Below, in pieces: positions 1 through 11,120 of a stretch of DNA of 64,000 bases. The first letter of the stretch is position 1. Each line of letters starts with the position of its first letter. Position numbers and translations under genes: made by a program. The notes beneath the pieces are model-generated. The model ran no database searches, was not told the DNA's origin, and saw nothing but the letters and a program-made list of their open reading frames with translations. Source of the DNA: Octopus sinensis (taxonomy: Eukaryota); the NCBI RefSeq assembly GCF_006345805.1, contig NC_043001.1, forward strand, positions 112,034,001-112,098,000, in the 5' to 3' direction.

Positions 1-549
1 CTCGAGATTGGATGGTGGTAGCGGTTCACTCCCCTGCTTGCAATATATATCTGGTGCAGGTTGCATCGAATGACTAGCTGGAGGAGGCGTCCTCCTGCGG
101 TAAAAAAAAGCAGTAACGTCGGTTCTCATGGAACAGCCATGTTTCAGTGGCGATAAACGTGACAAACTAGTTATTTGTTTAGTTATTTCATGAAAATTAT
201 CCAAAGAAATAGAAGTCCATGCAGCTGGAAGACTTCAGAATATATATATTATGCTACATGCATATCCATAATATTCTGTAATGTAGAAATTGCTCCCTCT
301 AAAATATGGATGATAACATTTTAAAGAGACAACTGACGAGACGAGCTTGATTTAACCTTCGACAACCAGGTTAGAGTCACTGACGAGGATTAATCAAATA
401 CAATGTCATCGATGATCTGGCTCTGTCTCACGTGCTCTAGGGAGATTGTCTCTCTTGTCAGCCATTAGACTTCCCGTGTACAAGAGTTGTTCTGACTCTT
501 ATTTCTAGTAATGCTGGTGCTCACTGATGCCCTTAGTAATCTTAATGCC

Positions 550-585
<36 letters not shown>

Positions 586-618
586 ATAGACTTTATATGT
601 ATATGTATATATATATAT

Positions 619-764
619 ATACTTGTTAATAAGGGTTCAGCAAAGATTTGCTTTACCACATACCGAAGTTTAGAAATAGCAGCCCAAAAAGATTTTTTGG
701 CTGCTATTTCTAAACTTCGGTATGCGGTAAAGCAAATCTTTGCTGAACCCTTATTAATAAGTAT
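619..764. repeat. Near-perfect ~70 bp-arm palindrome (fold-back hairpin) next to (TA)n
   Basis: 621-690 pairs with 693-762 (acttgttaataagggttcagcaaag... / ...ctttgctgaacccttattaataagt). It has 1 G:T pair, 2 mismatches and a 2-nt loop. Confidence 0.9.
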
Positions 765-999
765 TACTTAAGTTTACCGTAAAATGGTCCTTTTTTCATA
801 CCAAATTCTACTTGGTGAAATTATTGATTACTTCTTAATTAATTAATTTTACCCTTTGTTATTATATATATATATATATATGTATAGTAGGTTTCGATGG
901 AAAGGCAACTTTCGAGATATTGACAACCAGAAACCAGATTATTTTCCTCAGTACATTTTTCGAAAGACACAATTCATCATAAAAAAATGTATAATACAC

Positions 1000-3900
1000 T
1001 GCCCACCACTATGCAAGACCACCACAGTCAACAGACACGGGATGGCTTCCCCTAACGCCAGCACAGCCGTCACCCCAATACTTTTACTAAATATTGGGGG
1101 CCTGTTGCATCAAAATAGAAACAAAATTTCTTTCCTGAGAGATCTTACTGCATGCAATCAAGCCCTATGCATAGCACTTGTGGAAATTCACCTCAACCCT
1201 GATATAAAGGACGCAGAAGTACACATACCAAACTATGCCATACTGCGAACAGACAGAAGGGAAAGGAGCCATGGTGGAGTTGCTGTATACATCCGAGATT
1301 ACCTCACACCCCAGGTCTTGATGACATACTCAAATTCGGTATGTGACACCTTAATTGTATACATAAGACAACATAATATAGTCATATGCAATACATATTG
1401 CCCACCGGATGCCCCCAAATCACATAGGCAAGTTTGAAGATTGCCTCACAAGATTTAAAGAAATCCTCATGAATCTGGGACACCACGTGACCATATTTCT
1501 TATGGGTGATTCCAACGTCCCCAACGTCAAATGGCCCGAAGGTCACATACTCTCAGGAATGAATCATTGCAAGCAAGTACAGGTGGAGTCCCTGCTCAAC
1601 CTCACCAATGCCTTATTCATGGAGCAAGTTGTACTCAAGCCAACTAGGGCGAATAACATTCTGGATCTCTGCTTCACGAACAATATGGACATCATTCATG
1701 ATGTGAAAGTGACACCGACATCAGTTTCGGATCACAACATAATAGAGCTGTCTATGTTTGGGCCGAAAGTAACCAAAGACATACAGCCTAAAGGAAGCAC
1801 CCGAAATCTCTCCAATCTGAACTTCCACAAAGCAGATTGGAAATCGATCCAAAAAGAGATCCTCAGAGGGGACTGGCCGGAATGTCTCTCCACACCAGAC
1901 ATTGACATGAAACTAGAATGTTTCATGTCTTCTGTGCAAGCTGTATGCCAGAAACATGTCCCAGAGCACAAGGCCAAAACAAATAGGAGCAAGATTCCAA
2001 GAGACAGGAAGATCCTCATGAGACGACGGACGAAGGTTGCAAATCGTCTCAACCATCATCCCAAAAGTAGCGAAACGTCCCGCCTAAAAACAACACTGAT
2101 AGAGATCGAAAAAAGGCTGCTACAATCCTATGTGACGGAGAAAGCAGACAAAGAAGCCTGGGTTATAAAAAACATTAAATCAACCCCAAAGGCCTTCTTT
2201 CATTACGCGAAAGAAACAGTCTCAGTGCACTATAAGATAGGACCCCTCCTCCAAAAGGATGGCTCCCTCACAGACAGTCCAACTATGATCAGTGAGATGC
2301 TGAATGACCAGTTCTAAAGGGTCTTTACCCTTGGAACACAGACAAGTGAACGAACCAGTGGACTTCTTTGCCGCCTCACCTATAACCAGCGAGGCGGTTA
2401 CAATAGAATGTATTGACATTAGCGAAAAAGATGTCCTACTAGCCATAGATGAAGTGGACACAAACTCAGCTGCTGATCCAGACGGTTTCCCAGCCATCCA
2501 CCTCAAAGCGTATAAGCATGCCCTGGCAAAACCCCTCAAGATTCTCTTCCAGAGCTTTCCTGCGAATGACAAACTGCCAAGCAAGCTGAAGGAGGGAATA
2601 ATATGCCCAATACATAAAGGGGGAAGTAGAGCAGATGCCAAAAACTATAGGCCTATCTCTCTGACTTCACACATCAGCAAAGTCATGGAACGGATAGTCA
2701 GAAAGAAACTAATCGCATTCCTTGAGGAAAATGACTGGGTGTTGAGGCAGTTACTCAACAAATCAAATGTGGACGTAATCTACCTTGATTTTGCAAAAGC
2801 TTTTGACAAGGTGCATCATGGTATGATATGCCACAAACTACGTGACCTCGGTATACCTGGAAAACTTGGAGTGTGGTTGCATGACTTCCTGAAAGATAGG
2901 AGTCAGGCAGTAGTGGTTAATGGAGCTACCTCTATGAACACACAGATAGTGAGCGGTGTTCCACAGGGCACTGTCTTGGGACCACTGCTTTTTATAGTGG
3001 CCCTCTCAGATATGCCCTCAAATGCCCGGATAGCCACTCTGGCCAGCTATGCAGACGATACGAAAGTCTCGCAGAAAATACAGAACCCCAGCGATGTTGC
3101 ACACCTGCAGCAGGAGTTGGACTCAATCTACAGATGGGCTGAGGATAATAATATGCAGTTTAATGCTGAAAAAGTCCAGGCCCTGCGCTACCAGCATCCA
3201 AAACTGAATATTAAACTTACAGGATACACCGGTCCACAGGGAATTTCAATCCCAGAGCCTAAGTCTGTGAGGGATCTGGGTATCGACATGAGTGATAATA
3301 CCTCTTTCCAAGTGCACATTACCAGGATGGCGACAAAATGCAGACGACTGGTTGGGTGGATCCTAAGAACATTCAGAACCAGATAAAAGGAAACCATGAT
3401 GGTCCTCTGGCGGACATTCGTCCTCAGTCGCCTGGATTACTGCTCACAGCTATGGTCACCCACCAGTGTAAAATTAACAGCGGACCTTGAAGCAATCCAG
3501 AGAAGATTCACAAAGAAGATCGTCTCTTTGCAACAGCTCAGCTTCTGGGAAAGGTTGAAACAGCTAAGACTCTACACCATGGAGAGAAGATGGGAGAGGT
3601 ATGCAGTGATATATGTCTGGAAGATCCTGGAAGGAATTGTGCCAAGTTTTGGCATTGTAAGCTACACCAATGCTAGAACGGGACGACACTGCATAGTGCC
3701 AAAGATCCCAGCAATGTCATCACGCTTCAGGACCAGCTTCTGCAACAGCCTGGGTTTCAAGGGCCCACAACTTTTTAATATTCTCCCAAAGAGTCTGAGG
3801 AACTTGCACAAAGTAGATGTAGCGGTTTTTAAATCAAAGCTGGACACCTTCCTGTCAAAAGTCCCAGATGAACCTACCTCACGGCAAGAGGTGCAAATAA

Positions 3901-4031
3901 GAGTAGCTGTATCAAACTCCATTCTTCATCAAGTGCCACATATTAGACAAAGTTCGTCGTAATAACAGTGTAGCACAAAACGGCGGTGCATCAGCATGGC
4001 CGCAGCTCTGAGCTGAAACTAGAAAAAAAAA
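1000..4031 (+). mobile_element. 5'-truncated, decayed non-LTR retrotransposon (APE + RT ORF2, CR1/L2-group LINE)
   Basis: APE motifs LLNIGGL, IALVEIHL, HGGVAVYI, MGDSNVP, LDLCF, SDHNII. RT motifs NYRPISLTS, YLDFAKAFDKV, GVPQGTVLGPLLF, YADDTK. C-terminus LDYCSQLWSP...FKSKLDTFLSKVPDEP. Frameshifts near 1430 and 2310, in-frame TAA at 3384-3386, an apparent deletion in the RT near 2735, and an A-rich 3' end at 4021-4031. The 5' boundary is approximate. Confidence 0.9.
1072..3962 (+). pseudogene. Disrupted LINE ORF2 (endonuclease-reverse transcriptase) over ORFs 856-1437, 1409-2317, 2304-3386, 3396-3962
   Basis: Four consecutive ORF pieces give one collinear APE-RT-C-terminal protein. Confidence 0.88.
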
Positions 4032-4145
4032 GTATATATATATATATATAATTATAAAATATATAACCGTATGAGATCGTCTGAAACTGTAAATCCGTTC
4101 TAAAACATACAAAGTTTGAAGGTTAATTCAAGGCAAAACAGAACA

Positions 4146-4263
4146 ATAGAATACGTACTAGGCTTATAAGAAAAAAGTCCAGGGGTCAATTTTGTTCGAC
4201 TAAAGGCGGTGCTCGAACATGGCCGCATTCAAATGAGTGAAACAAGTAAATGAATAAAAGAAT
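4146..4263 (+). mobile_element. SINE family A, 3' fragment
   Basis: Matches the tail of full copies (tactaggctta...ggggtc...gactaaaggcggtgct...catggccgca...tgaaacaagtaaa). Confidence 0.8.
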
Positions 4264-4344
4264 ATATATATACAGTACTATATATTTAAGAAAATAAATA
4301 GACGATAGTTTAATTAATTATTACAAAATCAGGATATACAGTAA

Positions 4345-4477
4345 ATTGTTGTCATAAAATAGTACCCAGGGTTTCAGATAATCCACAAGGGTAGACTTTC
4401 TTATATAGAATGGCTGAAGATGGTGATCCACCTATGTGGTTTATCTGAAACTCGGAGTACCATTTTATGACAACAAT
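4345..4477 (+). ncRNA. Fold-back unit with a near-intact minimal type-I hammerhead (4405-4468)
   Basis: Stem I AUAGAAUGG(4405-13)/CCAUUUUAU(4460-68), core CUGAAGA 4414-20, stem II 4421-46, GAAA 4447-50, stem III ACUCGGAGU, GUA cleavage triplet ending at 4459. Inverted arms of 42 bp at 4345-4386 and 4436-4477. Confidence 0.7.
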
Positions 4478-4529
4478 ATATATATATAACGTAAAATATA
4501 CTATCCATCTCAATATGGCTAACCACTAA

Positions 4530-4700
4530 GGGTGGGTGTTACTGTAACTTTTAGCCCCAGGAGATCATCGTCTCCAGCTGGCTTTAGACACACTTTCTGT
4601 TCCCTTATGGTATTTGTAAAGGGAGGTCATCCCACTCTCGTAAACCTAAGTCACACGCACGGACTGCAGTTTCTAGGTATTTGCCTGTCTTCGGCGTACG
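4530..4700 (-). mobile_element. HHR-bearing repeat (same family as 6257 and 10470) with a degenerate hammerhead at 4656-4700
   Basis: Minus strand reads CGUACG CCGAAGA CAGG CAAAUA CCUA GAAA CUGCAG UC CGUGCG (U4 to C, C.A at the base of stem II). The flank ttagccccaggaga...ccagctggct..agacac matches 6316-6355. Confidence 0.6.
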
Positions 4701-4732
4701 GCAATACATATTCAAAAATATATATACATTTG

Positions 4733-4827
<95 letters not shown>

Positions 4828-4860
4828 CTATATCTATCTATGTAGATAGATATATAGATA
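4733..4860. repeat. (TATC)n microsatellite
   Basis: Directly visible. Confidence 0.95.
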
Positions 4861-5724
4861 TATATCTAGATGTACATATACTTATATACACATTTTTACA
4901 AGGGAAGTGGGTAAACAAATTTTTATTTATCCGTAAATGTGTAATATACACGGGAATTGAAACCGGTTGTCCGCCCTAACCGATGTTGTCCTCTCACCAC
5001 ATGTTTTAGATAACAGCTTTAAGCGAAAAAAAAAACTTCTTATACAAAGTTGCCTTTTGTGTTTCATGATGAAGATCAAAATTTTGAGATACTTCATATT
5101 TTGTTTCATTTATAATGACTAAGGACGCAGTTAAGGTAGAGTAAAAATCGAAATTCAAGCAGAAAATAGAGATGGTAGTCTTGTTTTAGATTGTCCTTTC
5201 CAATATTATGCTTGAAAAGAGATCTGAAATGTCAAGTGGTGTACTTTTGGTTTTCTTGTCAAAGGATTTTCACATCAAATTTTTAATAATAATGTGTCTT
5301 AATAATTCCAGTTACAACTGCAATGGATAATTTATATTTTGATGTTACATTTTTATTTTTAATATGCCTTGAAATAATATGGCAATATCTTCCGAATGTA
5401 ATTGTTAAAAAATCGATTTGGAATGTTTCTGGATCCACGTGTGGACATATTATAAGAACGGCAAACGAAGAATGAAAAATAAAAAATAAAAAATTTAAAT
5501 TTAAATTTAGATAAAAATAAAAAATAAAAATTAAAAATTAAAAGTGCCTCTTCTTATGAGAATTTGTCTGCACTGTTAGAAAAACGTTTGTTGTTGAACA
5601 AAAGAAAGGATTAAGAGGCCTGAACTACAAGAAGTACAGTTGAACATAGAATGTAATTATTTGTTGATCAGTAAAAGCAAAAAAACATCTGTAGCAAGTA
5701 TGAAACTAGTCAAAGACTTATTTA

Positions 5725-5830
5725 CATTATTTATATTATTTACATTATTTACATTCGACAGATATTTGTTCTCATATTGTTTGTTGTTAACGCAACGTTT
5801 CGGCTGATATACTCTCCAGCCTACTTCAGT
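5725..5830 (-). mobile_element. HHR repeat family F copy (hammerhead relic 5789-5829)
   Basis: Minus strand reads CUGAAGU A GGCUG gagagtatat CAGCC GAAACGUU GCGUU, then aacaacaaacaatatgagaacaaatatc...(aatgtaaat)n. Homologous to the 32256 and 62188 copies. Confidence 0.75.
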
Positions 5831-5844
5831 CCAAAGACTGCGTT

Positions 5845-5905
5845 TACGAGAAGCCTATTCCGTTCATCAGATCAACCGGAACCCTCATCATCGTAACCGA
5901 CAGAT
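5845..5905 (+). mobile_element. SINE family C, 3' fragment
   Basis: ccgttcatcagatcaaccggaaccctcatcatcgtaaccgac matches the 3' end of the 7425-7809 copy. Confidence 0.75.
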
Positions 5906-6256
5906 TTCTATTAATCATATCTAGTTAGCTCAGAGATAATGAGAAATAAAATTTGTAATCGTATTAATATTCTACTACAGTCCCATAAAATATGAAAATT
6001 CCTTTCCATTATAGACAAAGAGTTTGACACCTTTGCACGAGAAATCCAGCACCCTTGCATTCTGGAAACTATAAAGTACAACCCAGAAACCGGTTCTCCT
6101 CAAAGTTCAAATATAATTTATCTTACTTCGATTTAACATTGATAATTGTGTAGCATCTCGGTAACACGGTTAGGAGCAATGAGAGAAAGAAATGACTCTT
6201 ACAATTTAATCATATTAAGTATATTCTGATCAAACGTACAGCTAATGGTACGGAAC

Positions 6257-6567
6257 AAAGATTACTTGCCAACATAATATGGCAGTGCTGGTTTAGGACG
6301 AATGCTGCTGTAATTTAGCCCCAGGAGACATTGTCTCCAGCTGGCTATAAGACACGATCTGTGTCCTTATATATGCTGATGAAGGGAAATAACCCGGAAA
6401 TCGCGATACACAGATATTGTTTTGAGCTGAGTGGGTGTGGTAGATTCCCTTATTCGAAAATATAAGGACACAGATAGTGCCAGCTGGAGAAGATATCTCC
6501 TGGGGCTAAATTACAGCATCATTCGTCTTAAACCAGGACTGTCATGTTACGTTGGCAAATAATCTTT
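6257..6567 (+). mobile_element. Fold-back element with ~110 bp imperfect inverted arms and an internal hammerhead-like motif (6371-6412)
   Basis: Arms 6257-6372 and 6460-6567 are reverse complements with scattered mismatches and an indel. The loop contains G CUGAUGA A GGG AAAUAA CCC G GAAA UCGCGA UA C, with palindromic AUCGCGAU and a weak stem I. Confidence 0.7.
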
Positions 6568-6791
6568 ACTCCAAAGTACTCTTGCTGAATATCTCTCGTT
6601 GTGAGATTTACAATTAGTAATTTTCTAAGTAATGGTACACTTAAACCTTCACTGGGTTTGTTTTACATCAAAAATCGAAATAAAAGACATTGGTTGCCCC
6701 CAAATACATTATTTTGTATTGCAAGTTCAGTTATTTAAGAATATCATAAATTATTTAACCTGAGGTTCACAGACAATCAATCAATCAATAA

Positions 6792-7187
<396 letters not shown>

Positions 7188-7424
7188 ATACTCCCACACA
7201 CATATGTATGTTTGGATGTGTGCGTTTATTAAAAAGATAAAAGAAACTTCCTACACTGAAAAGAAATTCATTTAAAAAATTCTTTTAAAAGTAGCAGATT
7301 AATGCATTGTTGATGCAAGGAAGATTTCTCTGTAAGTGCGCGTTTCGCTGTTTTTCAGCTTTTCAAGCACACGTCGTAGAAGTAATCCGTATTGAAAAAA
7401 GTTCTTTTATATGGATTACTTTAT

Positions 7425-7809
7425 GTGGAAGCACTCCGTCGGTTACGACGACGAGGGTTCCGGTTGATCCGATCAACGGAACAGCCTGCTCGTGAAATTA
7501 ACGTGTAAGTGGCTGAGCACTCCACAGACACGTGTACCCTTAACGTAGTTCTCGGGGATATTCAGCGTGACACAGAGAGTGACAAGGCCAGCCCTTTGAA
7601 ATACAGGTACAACAGAAACAGGAAGTAAGAGTGAGAGAAAGTTGTGGTGAAAGAGTACAGCAGGGATCACCACCATCCCTGCCGGAGCATCGTGGAGCTT
7701 TTAGGTGTTTTTGCTCAATAAACACTCACAACGCCCGGTCTGGGAATCGAAACCGCGATCCTACGACCGCGAGTCCGCTGCCCTAACCACTGGGCCATTG
7801 CGCCTCCAC
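7425..7809 (-). mobile_element. tRNA-derived SINE family C, full length with 12-bp target-site duplication (TSD)
   Basis: Head gtggaggcgcaatggcccagtggttagggcagcggactcgcggtcgtaggatcgcggtttcgattccc has A- and B-box-like motifs. TSD ggattactttat at 7413-7424 and 7810-7821. Highly similar copy at 62319-62709. Confidence 0.92.
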
Positions 7810-8238
7810 GGATTACTTTATAACACATATGTAAAGGCTGGGAACACAAACTTCGTTCCATCAGCTCTGTGTTAATCTGCTTCTTCGAAACATTTTTATA
7901 AAATTAGTATGTTTTAATGTTAGAAAAAGTTTTAGTAACATTGAAAATTTTACCAAGAAATATTTATATAAAACTTTATACTTCACACAGACACATGAAA
8001 GGACGCGCGCGCACACACACACACAAACAAACTAGAAAACGCCCACGCATGTACAAAATATATTAGATTAATTAATTAAAGTTTGTGACATAATTCAACA
8101 TCAGAATGCAATTTTGATGCAGTTTAACATGGATAACATTCTCACTTATGCTAAAGTTGTACAATGTCCATTATTAGAAGTTAAAACACGTCATTATCAT
8201 GTGAGAACTAAAAATTGTTTATTTCGAATCACTGCTTA

Positions 8239-8276
8239 CATGCATACATACATACATACATACATACATACATACA

Positions 8277-8309
<33 letters not shown>

Positions 8310-8590
8310 GCATGCATATATACATACATGCATACATACATGCATACATATATATCCTCACACATACATACATGCATACATACATACATAAATACATGCA
8401 TACATATATACATACATGCATACATACATACATGCATGCATACATACATATATACATACATACATGCATACATACATATATACATAATACATACATACAT
8501 ACATAACACATAAATACATAATACATACATACATATATACATACATGCATACATATATATATAATACATGCATACACATATACATACATA
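8239..8590. repeat. (TACA)n-based compound microsatellite
   Basis: Directly visible; explains the spurious YIHT/VCMY ORFs. Confidence 0.95.
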
Positions 8591-9108
8591 CCAAAGTCGA
8601 ATGAACTGCGATCAGATTTATTAATAGTGGAACTTTTGACTGTTAATATAAACATGTCTTTCAGTTGACAATGAATCTCAAGAACAAAAAAGTGATCCTT
8701 TCAGATATTGATGACGATGATTGATGCATCAACAGTTCAATTGACACACTAACTCAAGCACATATTTACAAAGTTCGGGAACTCCCTTTAAAAAACACAT
8801 ATCTAATATATATATATATATATATTAAGATCCGCATTTTAAAATTCACAAAGATCAGAACTTATCTGCAGCTCTGGGTGGTCAAAATCGGATATGCAAC
8901 CTATGTGGGGGTCTTTTCAAAACATTTTTTGGGTTGAAAAACCACATCAGATGCCATGATAGTTCTAAGGTGTAGGTACAGGAGGTGGTCAAACTCTGCA
9001 TAAGGAGTAGACAACCACCAGACATATATGCGTATATTTATATATGTGTGTATGTGTGTGTATTATATATATATAATACACACGCATACGCACACACACA
9101 CGCGCATA

Positions 9109-9144
<36 letters not shown>

Positions 9145-9178
9145 TGTATGTATGTATGTATGTATGTATATATATATA

Positions 9179-9220
<42 letters not shown>

Positions 9221-9227
<7 letters not shown>

Positions 9228-9453
9228 TAGAAAAAAACCACCTTTTATCAATTCAAAATGAATAATTAAATTACACCATCTAGAAAATTACATATAATAG
9301 AAAAGTTAAAATTAGAATTATATTATTTTTGTAATTTACTTAATCTTTGCTTTTTAATTGTTATTTTAATTTTAACTTTTCTATTATATGTAATTTTCTA
9401 GATGTTGTAATTTAATTATTCATTTTGAATTGATAAAAGGTGTTTTTTTTCTA

Positions 9454-9460
<7 letters not shown>
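9221..9460. repeat. AT-rich fold-back with ~94-bp arms inserted in (TA)n
   Basis: 9221-9314 is the reverse complement of 9367-9460 with about 2 differences. The terminal arm sequence recurs at about 14520-14557. Confidence 0.88.
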
Positions 9461-9499
<39 letters not shown>

Positions 9500-9500
9500 T

Positions 9501-9539
<39 letters not shown>

Positions 9540-9927
9540 CATATGTGTGTGTGTGTGAGTGTGTGTGTGTGTGTGAGAGTGTGTGTGTGTGTGTGTATAC
9601 ATGTATATACACATACGTCGTAATTAACTGAGGCGATATAGGTAAATTAAGTATATTTTAGACTGTGGAAACATTAGCTGATACAGAACAGACTATGTTT
9701 ATTAAAGTGGAGAAACATGATTATCATATCTAAAGTTAACAGTCTATAGTGAATTGCACACAAGATTTTCAAGCCTGTCGTGAAAGCGCTGAAGCGTCGT
9801 ACAACTATCTCCATGCGCAGTAACTACGTCAAGCGTATTAGCATTAACACTTACAATGATTTTATATAATGCGGGAACGTTTGCTCATGACGGTAAGTGA
9901 AAAGGGAAGGTTACTGCAATTATTGTT

Positions 9928-9961
<34 letters not shown>

Positions 9962-10342
9962 CCTTCACTCTCTCTCTCACACACACATACAATGGCAGAC
10001 ATAGACACACAAGTAGACATAAGCACACGGGTAGACACACACACACACACACGCACGCACAAACACACACATTCCAAGTTATGTACAATGAAATCAAAAT
10101 GTAAAAGAAAGAGGAATAAAGCAATAAGGCATCTGCAAAAAATAGCGTTTAAGAGCAAGGTGTTAGTTTAACGCCTGCGTGACAGGAATGGTGTTATAAT
10201 TCTTATAAGTGATAAGTGTTATAAGTGACTATCTATCTATCTATCTATCTATCTATCTCTATCTATATGCGTATATATATATGTGTGTGTGTATGCATAT
10301 ATTGTATATATTTGTATATCTATCTATATGTATATATATAGC

Positions 10343-10397
<55 letters not shown>

Positions 10398-10469
10398 TAT
10401 ATAACATATAGACATATATATCATATATATATATACATAATATATATATATTAATTGTTATCGCCATAT

Positions 10470-10700
10470 TAATATGGCAGTCTTATAGATATAAGACTAA
10501 AAGCTGTCGCTGATTAGCTCCATGAGGCTATCGCCTTAAGCTAGCTATTTGACACACAAACTGTGTCCATTATAACCTTCGAATAAGGGAGGTCAGCCGC
10601 TTCACACTGCCAGTCAGACAGCTACAGACGCGTTTCAGGGTATTTGCCCTTTGTCAATGTAGCGTAGTCGACCCAGCAAGTGTCGCCACTGATCATCTCT
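10470..10700 (-). mobile_element. HHR-bearing repeat with a complete minimal hammerhead at 10621-10663
   Basis: Minus strand reads GCUACA UUGACAA AGGG CAAAUA CCCU GAAA CGCG UC UGUAGC. The flank is homologous to the 6257 arms. Confidence 0.78.
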
Positions 10701-10891
10701 GTTCGAAGGTTTTATTTAATTTACCTAGTTTGGCAAACACCAGACATAAACACACATATATACATACATACATTTATATATATATATATTTATTAATCAA
10801 TATAGGGTAGCAAAAAATTTCGTAGAATTTTTTTGCCACCAACGGCCTAGTGGGAAAAAATTAAATAGTCATAGACCATTTATAAATTCAA

Positions 10892-11105
10892 CATCAAAAT
10901 CAAGGAACGGCCATAATAGGCCATTCACCCACTAGAAATAACAGCCAAAGCTTCAACCGCAAAACAACATTAATTCCGCAAACCAGGGTAAATGTTTTTT
11001 TAATTTTCTCCTGGTTTGCGGAATTAATGTTGTTTTGCGGTTGAAGCTTTGGCTGTTATTTCTAGTGGGTGAATGGCCTATTATGACCGTTCCTTGATTT
11101 TGATG
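10892..11105. repeat. Hairpin with 96-bp arms and a 22-nt loop
   Basis: 10892-10987 is the reverse complement of 11010-11105 with 1 mismatch. Confidence 0.92.
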
Positions 11106-11120
11106 ATATATATATATATA

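Noticed and set aside
1-190. Possible 3' end of a non-LTR element at the window start
   Set aside because: GC-richer sequence with a short repeated tail but no diagnostic motif; truncated by the window edge.
333-420. CTGACGA at 333-339 and 380-386 as hammerhead cores
   Set aside because: No properly placed GAAA, stem II or stem I partner.
7473-7676. The same 67-aa ORF (MVVIPA...FTSRLFR) at 7473-7676 and 62372-62575
   Set aside because: Both lie in young SINE C copies, so the shared ORF reflects copy identity, not coding selection.
7733-7809. tRNA-like sequences at SINE heads (7733-7809, 62633-62709, 31644-31711, SINE A heads)
   Set aside because: No complete cloverleaf or acceptor stem; they are followed by SINE bodies and some have TSDs, so they are not tRNA genes.
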